Shown here piece by piece: positions 16,631 through 26,828 of a stretch of DNA of 64,000 nt. A program made the translations under genes and the position numbers. Position 1 is the first letter of the stretch, and each line of letters opens with the position of its first letter. The notes below the pieces were generated by a model. That model was not told the origin of the DNA. It worked only from the letters and a program-made list of their open reading frames with translations, and did not search any database. This DNA comes from an uncultured Desulfobacteraceae bacterium (GTDB lineage: Bacteria > Desulfobacterota > DSM-4660 > Desulfatiglandales > Desulfatiglandaceae): positions 242 through 64,241 of the forward strand of contig CAYPDL010000006.1 in the NCBI GenBank assembly GCA_964409475.1. Reading direction: 5' to 3'.

Positions 16631-18046
16631 ATGGAGTTTTTTTTCAGGCCGCGCGGCGTGGCCATTGCCGGGGCCACCGCCAACCCTCAAAAGGGGGGCT
16701 ATCACATAGTGTACAATGCCAGGAAGGGATTCAAGGGCCGGATCTATCCCGTGAACCCCCGTTACCGGGAGATCGACGGGATTCCCTGTTTCCCATCCAT
16801 CATGGATGTCCCGGACCCAGTGGACATGGCCATCCTCTTTGTCCCGGCCCCCGCGGTCCCGGACCTGGCGGCCCAGTGCGCCCGCCGGGGCATCCGGGGC
16901 ATTATTGTGGAGTCAGGCGGTTTTTCAGAGGTGGGACCGGAGGGAGAATCCCTCCAGAAAGCATTGCGCCGCATCGCCGCGGACACCGGGCTCCGGGTGT
17001 GGGGTCCCAACTGCATGGGCATTATCGATACAGCCACTCAAACGGTCTTTTCCTTTGTCTCCCCCTCAATATGGGATGACCGGCTGGTCCCGGGCGGCGT
17101 CTCTCTGGTGGTTCAGAGCGGCATGCTCTCGGGCGGGTTTCTCATGGATGCCATGACCCATGGGGATGCGGGTTTCAGCAAGGTGTGCTCTCTGGGCAAC
17201 AAGGTCGATGTGAACGAATGCGACATACTCCCCTTTCTTCTCGACGACCCGGACACGGAGACCGTGGGCCTCTATCTGGAATCCTTTGTGGACGGACGTC
17301 GCTTTATGGAAATCTGCGCCGCATCGGACAAGCCGGTGGTAGTGCTGAAAGGGGGAAAGAGCGCAGGCGGGTCCCGGGCCGCCATGAGCCATACGGCCAG
17401 CCTTGCAGGAAATCAATCGGTGGTAAGCGGGGCCCTGGCCCAGGCCGGGGTGATAGAGGCCACAGACTTCAAGGAGATGATCGATCTCTGCAGGGGCCTT
17501 GTCGGCGCCTCTCAATGGAAGGCGGGCCACGGGGGCCGCATTGCCGTGGTCACCTATACAGGGGCCGGCGGGATCCTGTCTGCGGATTTCATGGAAGGGA
17601 TGGGGCTGACCCTGGCAAACCTGTCCCCCGGCACCATCGAGGCGCTGAAAGCCATCTACCCGCCCTGGATGCCGCCGGGCAATCCTTTGGATCTCTGGCC
17701 GGCCATGGAACGACAGGGGCCCCTGAAGGCCTTGAGCGTTGCATTGAAGGCGGCCTGTGCCGATCCCAACGTGGACGGGGTCCTGCTGCACACCTTTGTG
17801 GGGGGCGTCATCTCCTACCTGGACCTGGCAGAGGCCTCCGAATCGGCCCGTTCCGCTGGAAAACCCCTCTTCTGCTGGCTCCTCGGGAGGAGGGAAGCGG
17901 TCCGGGAGTTCAAGGAGGCGGCCCGCTGGCACCGAATTCCCGTATATGGCGAGCTTTATCGGGCCGTGGAATGTATGGCGGCCCTCTTCAGATACAGAAA
18001 GAGATGGGAGGGGCCCTCAAGCTGGGCTGCCTCCTTATCGCCCTGA
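16631..18046 (+). CDS. CoA-binding protein, ADP-forming acyl-CoA synthetase alpha-like
   Basis: 471-aa ORF. VAIAGATANPQKGGY CoA-binding start and succinyl-CoA-ligase-like flavodoxin domains with the MSHTASLAG phosphohistidine loop. No ATP-grasp beta partner adjacent. Confidence 0.7.
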   Translation: MEFFFRPRGVAIAGATANPQKGGYHIVYNARKGFKGRIYPVNPRYREIDGIPCFPSIMDVPDPVDMAILFVPAPAVPDLAAQCARRGIRGIIVESGGFSEVGPEGESLQKALRRIAADTGLRVWGPNCMGIIDTATQTVFSFVSPSIWDDRLVPGGVSLVVQSGMLSGGFLMDAMTHGDAGFSKVCSLGNKVDVNECDILPFLLDDPDTETVGLYLESFVDGRRFMEICAASDKPVVVLKGGKSAGGSRAAMSHTASLAGNQSVVSGALAQAGVIEATDFKEMIDLCRGLVGASQWKAGHGGRIAVVTYTGAGGILSADFMEGMGLTLANLSPGTIEALKAIYPPWMPPGNPLDLWPAMERQGPLKALSVALKAACADPNVDGVLLHTFVGGVISYLDLAEASESARSAGKPLFCWLLGRREAVREFKEAARWHRIPVYGELYRAVECMAALFRYRKRWEGPSSWAASLSP

Positions 18047-18214
18047 TCCGCATACCCCGTGAGTCTTGGGCCCATCGAGAGGCTCAATTCAGCGACCCCC
18101 CTGGCATCGGGATGCACGACGTCTGCCTGTCCGCCCCACATACGCCTTGACATTTTCACGGGATCATAGCAAATATTCGCAAAACCACCGCAACAACGAA
18201 AGAGGTGAGAAAAG

Positions 18215-18466
18215 ATGAAAGATGAGCGGGGGACATATTACTACCCCTTTCCACAGAACAAGAAGGTGCGGATGTACGTCCAGGACAAAGACGACATGAT
18301 CTACTTCAGGCTCTGGAACGCCGACGACCCGGAACTCTGGGCACAGCACGGGTGGGTCCCCTACGACGCCATTATACAGGCCCAGGCCATGTATAAACAG
18401 AAAAATGATTTCAATCCCAGACAGGCCTATGATCCGCAAGTCGCCAGGGCCGTATTGAAGGAATAA
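18215..18466 (+). CDS. hypothetical protein
   Basis: 83-aa ORF with SD gaaagaggtgag. No family recognised. Confidence 0.5.
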   Translation: MKDERGTYYYPFPQNKKVRMYVQDKDDMIYFRLWNADDPELWAQHGWVPYDAIIQAQAMYKQKNDFNPRQAYDPQVARAVLKE

Positions 18467-18529
18467 CCCATCTGATTTGGCTGCTCAACCGGTTATCAAC
18501 CGTTATGGAAAATTGGCGGAGGTGAGCCC

Positions 18530-19810
18530 ATGAAAAAGGCCCTGCTTCTCATATTCATGGCTTTGTTCATCGGTATGCCGATCTTTATGTGGTCCCGCAC
18601 GCTGACCGGCGGTTTACCCTGGCCAGTCTATCTTTACGATGCGGCGCGGCTCTTTGCACTCACGGGATTCGTCCTCCTTGTCTTTCAATACGTGCTCAGT
18701 TTCAGGATCAAATGGATTGAAAAGGGGATCGGGCTTGATCGTCTGTTTGGCATCCACAGGGTATGTGGAGGACTCATCTTGGCACTGATAACGGCACATC
18801 CCCTGCTGATCCTCCTCTCAGAGAGACTTCAGGGATATGCCGCGCCCATCGGATTTTTGAAGGTCCTTGGCCTGATCGCGCTTGTGTTGGTCTGGGCGAC
18901 CGCAGGCGCAGCCCTGCTTTACGGCAGGATTCCCATGGCCTACGAACGCTGGAAAGGAATACATCGGGTCGGCTACTTCATCCTGCCCCTGGCCTTTATT
19001 CACAGTTTCCTTATGGGAAGCACCTTGTATCGAGCGCCTATGAAGGGATTCTGGGTGATCCTGGCCCTGATCTACGTGGCGGTTGTGGTCAACAAGATCC
19101 GGCAGCACACTGTATTGAGAAGCCATCCCCTGTGGGTGAGCAATGTAACGCAGGAGGCAGACGATATCTGGCGCCTTGATTTTGAAGGGGATCACCCGGA
19201 CTATGCCCCGGGGCAGTTCATGTTTGTTCGGCTCGAGAGAGAGGGGAGTATATCGGCGTCTCACCCCTTTACCATCGCGTCAAGCCCCACACAGAAAGGG
19301 CTTTCCATTTGCGCCAAGGCAGTGGGAGACTTTACATCCGGCCTACGGGAGACAAAGTCCTCTGATCCGGCCTATGTGGACATGCCCTACGGGGTGTTTA
19401 GTTTCGTCTACCATAACGCGGATCGCATGATATTCATTGCCGGAGGGATCGGCATCACCCCTTTTCTGAGCATGCTGAGGTACATGAAGGACCGGGATCT
19501 CAGTAAAGAGGTCATCCTGCTGTGGGGGAACAAAACGGAAAAGGACATCACCTTCAGGGCCGAACTGAACAGAATGGCCTCTGAAATGCCTCATTTGAAG
19601 GTCCGTTACGTCCTGTCCAGGCAGAAAGGCGGGCCGGGTGAAAAGGGCCGCATCGACAGGGAGATACTGAAAAAGCATGTGGGGGACCTCACAAGAGGAG
19701 AGTATTTTATCTGTGGCCCCAGGCCAATGATGGAAGACGTCGGGAAGGCCCTTTCCGGCCTGGGGGTCCCGAGAAGGCGTATCCATACAGAGCGCTTTGC
19801 CTTGCGCTGA
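18530..19810 (+). CDS. ferric-reductase-like transmembrane protein fused to an FNR-type FAD/NAD(P)-binding domain
   Basis: 426-aa ORF with six N-terminal helices carrying conserved His residues, then HPFTIAS (FAD) and IAGGIGITP (NAD) motifs. Confidence 0.8.
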   Translation: MKKALLLIFMALFIGMPIFMWSRTLTGGLPWPVYLYDAARLFALTGFVLLVFQYVLSFRIKWIEKGIGLDRLFGIHRVCGGLILALITAHPLLILLSERLQGYAAPIGFLKVLGLIALVLVWATAGAALLYGRIPMAYERWKGIHRVGYFILPLAFIHSFLMGSTLYRAPMKGFWVILALIYVAVVVNKIRQHTVLRSHPLWVSNVTQEADDIWRLDFEGDHPDYAPGQFMFVRLEREGSISASHPFTIASSPTQKGLSICAKAVGDFTSGLRETKSSDPAYVDMPYGVFSFVYHNADRMIFIAGGIGITPFLSMLRYMKDRDLSKEVILLWGNKTEKDITFRAELNRMASEMPHLKVRYVLSRQKGGPGEKGRIDREILKKHVGDLTRGEYFICGPRPMMEDVGKALSGLGVPRRRIHTERFALR

Positions 19811-19936
19811 TAAAACTCTCATCAGTCTGATTTGGGGTAGTCTGTTTCTTCTTTACCAGACTGGCCTTCAGAGTATTCAAGTAGAAGTTTTTGGGGTTTC
19901 GGATGTACATCATGTTGTTTTGAAGCCGTTATTCAA

Positions 19937-19964
19937 TCGACAATCACAAATCGACAATCACAAA
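19937..19964. repeat. tandem tcgacaatcacaaa x2 (two 7-nt words)
   Basis: Exact 14-nt direct repeat. The reverse complement shares the GATTGnn word with the 38405-38425 and 45376-45396 tracts. Confidence 0.85.
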
Positions 19965-20087
19965 TCCTATAGCACGTTACGGCAATTGCAGATCGATCAT
20001 CGATCATTTCCCAGGGGTGCACCCCCAAGGCCTGCACGGGATGGTGGAACCCACAGCACACAACATACACAGATCGGAGGAGTAACC

Positions 20088-22376
20088 ATGATGCTCCATG
20101 ATGAAGCACTTCGGTATCACAAGGAACCTCGACCCGGCAAGATAGAGGTGACGCCCACAAAGCCCTGCCTCTCTCAATCGGATCTGAGTCTGGCCTACAC
20201 GCCGGGCGTTGCCGTCCCCTGTCTCGAAATCCAGAAAAACGGGGAGCTTTCATTTGATTACACCTCCCGGGGCAACCTGGTCGGCGTCATCTCAAACGGC
20301 ACGGCCGTCCTCGGCCTGGGCAATATCGGGGCCCTGGCAGGAAAGCCCGTGATGGAGGGGAAGGCCGTTCTCTTCAAACGGTTTGCAGACATCGATGTCT
20401 TTGACATCGAAATAGATACCACCGATCCGGATGAGTTTATCCGCACGGTTGCGCTCCTGGAACCCACATTCGGCGGCATCAATCTTGAGGACATCAAGGC
20501 CCCGGACTGCTTCTATATCGAGGAGGAACTCAAGAAACAGATGGCCATCCCCGTACTCCACGATGATCAGCACGGCACCGCTATCATCTCCGCCGCGGCC
20601 CTCCTCAATGCCTGTGAGCTGACCGGACGGCGCATGGAAGATCTGCGGGTCGTGGTCAATGGCGCCGGCGCTGCGGCCATGGCCTCTGCCCGGATGTATA
20701 TTACGCTGGGCGTCAAAAGAGAAAATCTCTTTCTCGTGGATTCCAAGGGGGTCATCTACAAAGGCCGCACCCAGGGCATGAACCCTTACAAAGAAAAATT
20801 TGCCATGGAAACGGAGAGGCGCACCCTTGAAGATGCGGTCAGGGGGGCGAACGTCCTCATCGGTCTTTCGGTGAAGGGGGCATTTACACCCGAGCTTCTT
20901 TCATTGATGGCCGAAAAACCGATCATCTTTCCGTTGGCCAATCCGGAGCCGGAGATCGGCTACGAGGAGGCCAAGGCCGCACGCCCGGATGCGATCGTGG
21001 CGACAGGCCGCTCTGACTATCCAAACCAGGTCAACAACGTCCTCGGGTTCCCTTTTATCTTCCGGGGGGCCCTGGATGTTCGGGCCAGGGCCATCAACCA
21101 GGAGATGAAGACTGCGGCGGTCACCGCCCTGGCCCATTTGACAAGGGAGGATGTCCCCGATTCGGTCATCCGGGCCTACGGGGGAAAACCGATTCAATTC
21201 GGACCGGAATACATCATTCCAAAGCCACTGGATACCCGGGTCCTGCTTACCGTAGCCCCAGCAGTGGCAAAGGCCGCCATGGAAAGCGGTGTGGCAAGGA
21301 CCCCATTGAAGGACGAGATCAGGTACATCCAGGAACTGGAGGCACGGCTGGGTCCGGAACGGGAAATCATGCGCAAGGTCATCATCCGGGCCCAGCTCAA
21401 TCCCAAACGCGTCGTGCTGCCCGAAGGGAACCACCCCGTTATCCTGCGCGCGGCCCATCAGGCCGTGCGCCATGGGATATGCACGCCCGTGCTGCTTGGA
21501 AACGAGGAGGACATCCGACGTCTCGCGGAATCACTGCACGTATCCCTTGACGGCATCGAGATCGAGGACAACCTGAAAAGTCCACACCTGGAGCGTTTTG
21601 CAGAAAGCCTGTTTCGCCTCCGTTGCCGCAAGGGATGGTCCATGACCGAGACCCGGCGTCAGTTACGCACACGGTATGTTTTTGGCGCCATGATGGTTCA
21701 CGAAGGCCTGGTGGACGGACAGGTGCACGGCGTTGCCCGCTCATACCCTGACGCCATTCGCCCCGTGCTTCAGGTGATCCCGCGGAGGGGAGACGTTTCA
21801 AAGGTTTCCGGGGTCTATCTCATGATCTCGAAGGGTCGCACCCTCCTTTTTGCAGACCCGACAGTGAACATAACCCCCTCTGCCGGCGACCTGGCGGAAA
21901 TCGCCGTGCTGGCGGCTGAAATGGCCAGGTTCTTTGACATAAGCCCACGGGTGGCCATGATCTCTTTTTCCAACTTCGGAAATACGCGCCACCCCGATGC
22001 CGAAAGGGTCAAAGAGGCCGTCCGCATAGCCCGAGAGAAGAACCCCGACCTGATCATCGACGGCGAGATGCAGGCGGATACCGCTCTGGTCGCTGAAATC
22101 CTGCAGAAGGAGTATCCCTTCAACCGTTTGGGAGGTACGGCCAATGTCCTGGTTTTTCCTGAACTGGCCGCCGCCAATGTCGCCTACAAGCTCCTGGAAA
22201 GGCTGGGCGGCGCCAAGGCGGTAGGCCCCCTCCTGATGGGGATCAGCAAGCCATTCAATGTCCTTCAACGGGGCGCAGACATGGAAAACGTCCTCAATGT
22301 GATCGCCATCACCGTAGCCCAGGCCCAACATATGGAGATAAAACAAGAATCAGGAACCACTCAGTTAGACCCATAG
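20088..22376 (+). CDS. maeB: NADP-dependent malic enzyme with a C-terminal phosphotransacetylase-like domain
   Basis: Start at ATG 20088 (ggagg 7 nt upstream), [36 protein letters not shown] malic-enzyme motif, 762 aa. The upstream part of ORF 19797.. runs through repeat DNA. Confidence 0.9.
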   Translation: MMLHDEALRYHKEPRPGKIEVTPTKPCLSQSDLSLAYTPGVAVPCLEIQKNGELSFDYTSRGNLVGVISNGTAVLGLGNIGALAGKPVMEGKAVLFKRFADIDVFDIEIDTTDPDEFIRTVALLEPTFGGINLEDIKAPDCFYIEEELKKQMAIPVLHDDQHGTAIISAAALLNACELTGRRMEDLRVVVNGAGAAAMASARMYITLGVKRENLFLVDSKGVIYKGRTQGMNPYKEKFAMETERRTLEDAVRGANVLIGLSVKGAFTPELLSLMAEKPIIFPLANPEPEIGYEEAKAARPDAIVATGRSDYPNQVNNVLGFPFIFRGALDVRARAINQEMKTAAVTALAHLTREDVPDSVIRAYGGKPIQFGPEYIIPKPLDTRVLLTVAPAVAKAAMESGVARTPLKDEIRYIQELEARLGPEREIMRKVIIRAQLNPKRVVLPEGNHPVILRAAHQAVRHGICTPVLLGNEEDIRRLAESLHVSLDGIEIEDNLKSPHLERFAESLFRLRCRKGWSMTETRRQLRTRYVFGAMMVHEGLVDGQVHGVARSYPDAIRPVLQVIPRRGDVSKVSGVYLMISKGRTLLFADPTVNITPSAGDLAEIAVLAAEMARFFDISPRVAMISFSNFGNTRHPDAERVKEAVRIAREKNPDLIIDGEMQADTALVAEILQKEYPFNRLGGTANVLVFPELAAANVAYKLLERLGGAKAVGPLLMGISKPFNVLQRGADMENVLNVIAITVAQAQHMEIKQESGTTQLDP

Positions 22377-22518
22377 AAACGCCTGACCCCCGACATCGCC
22401 AACCGGCAGATGCCTGTCATATTGTTGATAGAGCGAATAGGGAATAAGTCGAATCAAGGATATCGGAATATAACGAATATATTGAAACGATATCAAAACG
22501 GACTTCAATTTATTTTCC

Positions 22519-22547
22519 TTGACTTAGGCAAACATTAATTGCAGAAT
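22519..22547 (+). promoter_or_regulatory. possible sigma-70 promoter for the ParA/MinD-like gene
   Basis: TTGACT, a 17-nt spacer, then CAGAAT. Preceded by five CGAATA-like words at 22434-22493. Confidence 0.3.
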
Positions 22548-22722
22548 GATGTTTGTGCGCAGCCTTTTTCTATGTGCGGTTGGTGACTCCATTAGGCGTG
22601 GCAGGAGCCGGGCCCGACCTGCGCAAGAATCAGCGCATGAAACGATAAGGACAGGTCGCACGAATAAGCCACAGCCACTTATGCCTCTATCAATTGGGGG
22701 ACATAGGGGAGGCAGGCAGGCA

Positions 22723-23655
22723 ATGGCACATATATGCGCAATCGGCGGTGGAAAGGGAGGGAGCGGGAAGACCTTTATCTGTGCGAACCTTGGTGTTATA
22801 CTTGCCATGCACGGTAAAAAGGTGATACTGATTGATCTGGACCTTGGCGCTTCCAATCTCCATACCCTGGTGGGGCAGAACCATCCAAAGACAGGCCTGC
22901 ACAGTTTTCTAAACAAGTCCGTGAAGGACCTGTCGCTCACCGCTGAACCGACCGCCATTCCGGGTCTTTTCTTTATCGGCTCACTGCAATGTTCCATCGA
23001 GGCAGCCAACCTGTTTTATGCGCAGAAACAGAAGATCCTCAAGGCGATCCACCAACTCCCGGCCGACTTTGTGTTGCTTGACCTCGGCGCGGGAACAACC
23101 TATAACGCCCTGGATTTCTTCCTGGTCGCCCATCAAGGCCTGTTCGTCATTACGCCCGAGCCTACCTCCATCCAGAATACCGTTCAATTCATCAAGGCGA
23201 TCTACCTGCGGAAGTTGAAACACATTCTCAAACAGGCTGCCTTCACGACCATCGCGAAAGAGGTCGCAGAAACATCCACCGACAAGGTGGTACCATCGCC
23301 GCTCGACATAGTGGACAAGGTGATGAAAAGCAATCCCGAAAGGGCCAGATACCTGGAGGGGGAGCTAAACAAGTTTACCTTCAGGATCATCCTGAACCAG
23401 CATCGCAGCCACATCGATAAGAATCTTGGAAAAAAGATTGAAAAGGTATGCAACCGGCACTTCTATTCCCAGTTCAAATTCATGGGGAATATCGCTTATG
23501 ATGAACGGGTATGCGAATCCATCATAGCCCAGAAGATATTTGTTGTGAAATATCCCTACACCCCCACGTCAACCGATTTAAAAAACCTCGCGAACCGTAT
23601 AGCGGCGACCAGCGCGACACAACCCGCGATCAAGGAGAAATATGCGGAAATTTGA
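22723..23655 (+). CDS. MinD/ParA-family P-loop ATPase
   Basis: Start at MAHICAIGGGKGGSGKT, a deviant Walker A (KGGxGKT), followed by ILIDLDLGASNLH. 310 aa. Confidence 0.8.
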   Translation: MAHICAIGGGKGGSGKTFICANLGVILAMHGKKVILIDLDLGASNLHTLVGQNHPKTGLHSFLNKSVKDLSLTAEPTAIPGLFFIGSLQCSIEAANLFYAQKQKILKAIHQLPADFVLLDLGAGTTYNALDFFLVAHQGLFVITPEPTSIQNTVQFIKAIYLRKLKHILKQAAFTTIAKEVAETSTDKVVPSPLDIVDKVMKSNPERARYLEGELNKFTFRIILNQHRSHIDKNLGKKIEKVCNRHFYSQFKFMGNIAYDERVCESIIAQKIFVVKYPYTPTSTDLKNLANRIAATSATQPAIKEKYAEI

Positions 23656-24295
23656 TGATCTGAATTACTACGAAATCTTCGAAATCCCGGCCAACGCCTC
23701 TGACTTTGAAATCAGGCAGGCTTACCGTAACGCCCTCTCCATCTACGACGATGATTCAACCATCGCCTGCTCCTTTTTTACCAGTGAAGAAAGGACTAAG
23801 ATATTGCGGCGGATCGAAGAGGCCTTTTCCACGCTGATTAAAGACGCCAAGAGAGAGCAATATGATAAGACCCTCGTAGCCAAGAAAATTATCGATTCAT
23901 CCTCTCTTATAAAAAAACGGAAAAAGGCCCCGACACCCCTGTTCTCGTCCAAGAGCCCCGGAGGGGACACCGTTTCCAAGAAGATAAAGAGGGCGATCAA
24001 GGAAAAAAATCTGCGAGAAATCGTAGATGAAGTCCTTTCATCGGAGGCTGTTTCTGGAAATCATCTCAAGAGGTTGAGGACTGCCGTGGGTATACAGATC
24101 GAAGATGTGTTCGAGGTAACCCGGATCAGTGTGGCGACACTGGAGGCCATTGAAAATGACCACATCGAGGACCTCCCCCCGACCGTCTATCTTCGTAACT
24201 TTTTAAAGGCCTATGCAGAACTCTTCGAGGCAGACCCCCCGAAGATCATTGCCGGATACCTGAAAAACCTCGATCGTATCCGTGCGTCTTCGTGA
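23642..24295 (+). CDS. J-like domain (no HPD) plus RodZ-type HTH protein
   Basis: 217-aa ORF that overlaps the ParA-like stop by 14 nt. The N-terminus LNYYEIFEIPANASDFEIRQAYRNALSIYDDDS resembles a J domain but has YDD where HPD is expected. The C-terminus LKRLRTAVGIQIEDVFEVTRISVATLEAIENDHIEDLP..YLRNFLKAYA resembles the RodZ HTH. Confidence 0.7.
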   Translation: MRKFDDLNYYEIFEIPANASDFEIRQAYRNALSIYDDDSTIACSFFTSEERTKILRRIEEAFSTLIKDAKREQYDKTLVAKKIIDSSSLIKKRKKAPTPLFSSKSPGGDTVSKKIKRAIKEKNLREIVDEVLSSEAVSGNHLKRLRTAVGIQIEDVFEVTRISVATLEAIENDHIEDLPPTVYLRNFLKAYAELFEADPPKIIAGYLKNLDRIRASS

Positions 24296-24318
24296 ATGCT
24301 GCACATCCCCCGATTGCG

Positions 24319-25377
24319 TCACATCTCCCAATCCCTGCATTTCTCTGACAGGCGCGACAGGAGGTTCATGGCCGAGGTTGCTGCATCCCGGGCCATTGTA
24401 CCCATGCCGCATGAAGGCGTGAGAATAGATCGGCGGGCGACCTGATCCAGATCCAGGCCCCACTGATGGACGTGCATGAGACCCTCTTTGAGCCTTGAAG
24501 ACAGGGTGTCCACCGATTCTTCCCCGGTAAAGTCGGCAGTGGGGATAATACCCCACGCAATGACCCCGCCCCCTTCAATGAACCGTACCACCGGATCCTT
24601 GTACAGAAGGAAATGGTCCATATACTCCACCGCATCAAAATTGATGATGTCCAGGCCTGTTTCAAGAACCATAGACCAGTCTGTATTCCCGCAGCAGTGA
24701 ATTCCTATCAGGACGTCACAGTGTTCCCTGAGGTAATCGATCATCATCCGAAGCATATCAATGACCTCGTGGCGTTGAACCGGAGAGAAGGCCGAGCCAA
24801 ATCCCGACAGATAGGGCTCATCCAGAAAAAGGACCGGCCTTTTTCCTGAACCAGCCAGTGTTCTGACCTGCCAGAGGGCCTTGATGGCCAGCCCTTTTGT
24901 CATGGCCTCTGAAAGCTCCGGGTCATACAGGATCGGCTTGCCGTTCGGGTCTTTCACGCCCGCCGTGAAGGTGACAGGGCCGACCGTCTGCCCTTTGATA
25001 TAGGGACCACACTTCCCCTTATCTTCCTTCATCATCTCCAGGAGTGCATAGAGACCGGGGGCAACCTCCCGGCTGACGGCAAAGGACTCCACGTCCTCGG
25101 CAAAAAACCGTTCATAGAATGCCACCAGTTCGGTTTCCCTGGTGTCCGAACACGATATGGATAAGGACCTTTGTTCTGCGTTCACCGTTAGGAGGGGCAG
25201 ACCCTCGCTGTACTGAATGATCATATCCTCTAAGTGACTGCGTTGCACAAACTGGGGCCAGAACGGCATGAAAGGCGCCCATCGACATATCTCCCGGCAG
25301 GTCCCCTCAATATCTTGAAATGGGACACTCCCGATGCCGGTGGCCATAAATCTCAAATCGGGCCAACTATCAGGCAT
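24319..25377 (-). CDS. MetE-C-terminal-like / URO-D-fold protein
   Basis: 352-aa ORF. FLDEPYL and IHCCGNTDW resemble the IQIDEPAL and HMCYG metal-site motifs of cobalamin-independent methionine synthase family proteins. Confidence 0.5.
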   Translation of the reverse strand: MPDSWPDLRFMATGIGSVPFQDIEGTCREICRWAPFMPFWPQFVQRSHLEDMIIQYSEGLPLLTVNAEQRSLSISCSDTRETELVAFYERFFAEDVESFAVSREVAPGLYALLEMMKEDKGKCGPYIKGQTVGPVTFTAGVKDPNGKPILYDPELSEAMTKGLAIKALWQVRTLAGSGKRPVLFLDEPYLSGFGSAFSPVQRHEVIDMLRMMIDYLREHCDVLIGIHCCGNTDWSMVLETGLDIINFDAVEYMDHFLLYKDPVVRFIEGGGVIAWGIIPTADFTGEESVDTLSSRLKEGLMHVHQWGLDLDQVARRSILTPSCGMGTMARDAATSAMNLLSRLSEKCRDWEM

Positions 25378-26113
25378 ATCTTATCTCCCTGATCTTGGGG
25401 AGCCAACGCTCCAACATCGTGATCATCCTTTCCTTTTGGCCGCGGACAGGCTCTGGTCCCTTCTCCTCGATGCCCGGCGATTCACTCAACATCCCTTTCA
25501 ATTGGTTCAAACGTCTGACGGACTCGCCGTCCTCAGAGTTGCTGCTCAGGATCTTTTCGTACGTATGGATGGCAGCGTCTATCCGGCCCTGGGAATAGTA
25601 GAGCTCGGCAATGGTGGGGGTCGCGAAATCCACCAGTGCATCCTCGGATTCGTCCTCTGATGAGGCAAGATCCTCGGCAGGGCCTTCCATCTCAAATAAA
25701 ACCTCCTCCGGAAGCAGGGCCGTTTCCATTCGCCTCAAGAATTCCAGTGCTTCGATCTGGCCCGGATAATGGGCCAGATAGCGCCTGAGCATATCAGCCG
25801 CCTCTGAATGTCTCTGCTGCCTTGCGTAAATGTCGGCCAACAAACGGTAGGCGGGGGCCAAGTCGTCGATCATAGCGGCAACTTTTTCGAACTCGGTCCC
25901 GGCCAGGGTGATAAACCCCATCTCGGCATACGATTCCGCCAGCAGGGTTCTGAGACGAACGTCATCCGGATAGAGCGTCAGGAACCGGAGGCACGCCTGG
26001 ACCACCTCATTGAGACGTCCCTCACCCTTCATCCTTGTAAGGATAAGGACAAGGGACCCTGCAGAGGGCCCATGGCTCAAGATCTTTTCAACAAAATTAT
26101 CATTTTCTGCCAT
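25370..26113 (-). CDS. TPR-repeat protein
   Basis: Start chosen at MAENDNF (aaggag 11 nt upstream). Repeated A/Y/L-rich 34-aa TPR-like units. Confidence 0.6.
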   Translation of the reverse strand: MAENDNFVEKILSHGPSAGSLVLILTRMKGEGRLNEVVQACLRFLTLYPDDVRLRTLLAESYAEMGFITLAGTEFEKVAAMIDDLAPAYRLLADIYARQQRHSEAADMLRRYLAHYPGQIEALEFLRRMETALLPEEVLFEMEGPAEDLASSEDESEDALVDFATPTIAELYYSQGRIDAAIHTYEKILSSNSEDGESVRRLNQLKGMLSESPGIEEKGPEPVRGQKERMITMLERWLPKIREIRYA

Positions 26114-26462
26114 CTGGATCGACACTCCTTTCCGGACGTTCGTTTTCATCAACGGCTCCACTCGACTCGTTATCGAATCTGTAGACGACCTCATTCTCCT
26201 TTATGAGATTCAAGTTTCTCCTGGCCACTGATTCCAGATATTGCATATCCGTGCGCAGGAGATGGACCTCATTCAAGAGCTCCTGGTTCTCTGCTGCAAG
26301 ATTGTGGATCCTCTCGATGCAGGCCTGGCGCTCCGCCTCGCTTCGATACAGACGCACAAACCCACCCTCACCAAACCAAAGCCAGGCGCCGCTGAGCGCC
26401 GCCAGCAAAAGGACAATGACCGGTATTTTAAGGAGCTTTTTGATGTTGGGACTCAGACTCAC
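26100..26462 (-). CDS. ftsB: septum formation initiator FtsB/DivIC family
   Basis: 120-aa ORF with a single N-terminal helix, then a coiled coil ending in ...ARRNLNLIKENEVVYRF. Confidence 0.75.
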   Translation of the reverse strand: MSLSPNIKKLLKIPVIVLLLAALSGAWLWFGEGGFVRLYRSEAERQACIERIHNLAAENQELLNEVHLLRTDMQYLESVARRNLNLIKENEVVYRFDNESSGAVDENERPERSVDPDGRK

Positions 26463-26775
26463 TGCTGCCTCCGTCAGTCACTTTCCTTCCTGGATCGACC
26501 TTCCCCACCCGTTTCTCGACCTCTTTCTTGGTGAAACCCTCCACCGACATGAATTGCGCATTGTCCACCATAAGCTCAGTGCGAAACCAGGCCCGCAGTC
26601 GGATCTCATTTTATGTAGCGCTGGACACGCCTTTTTCAACAGGGCTTTTGACGCTTCAAGTTGATTACTCTGAAGAATGAGGTTGCCAAGGTTCAGGGTT
26701 CAAGGTCCGATAAAGGCATAGTCAACAAATCATATATCAAAGGAAGGTGTGACTCAAGCGGAATTAATGCACAAT

Positions 26776-26802
26776 AAAAAAAGCCCCGCCGATAGCAGGG
26801 CT
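26776..26802 (-). terminator. intrinsic terminator after the ABC/ligase operon
   Basis: On the minus strand, agccc-N11-gggct is followed by T7. It lies 27 nt downstream of the ligase stop. Confidence 0.6.
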
Positions 26803-26828
26803 TTCAATCTTGAGCAAAATGTCTTCTT

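Noticed and set aside
19797-20087. N-terminal extensions offered by the ORF track for maeB (19797), the ParA-like gene (22546), frr (40733), the ABC ATPase (58516), USP (60611), ligase (28445), livG-like (36401), thrS (56274), the lipoprotein (9366) and rsmD (47201).
   Set aside because: The extensions run through repeat tracts or the preceding gene, lack SD sequences and add non-homologous residues. Internal starts with good SD sequences and family-typical N-termini were used instead.
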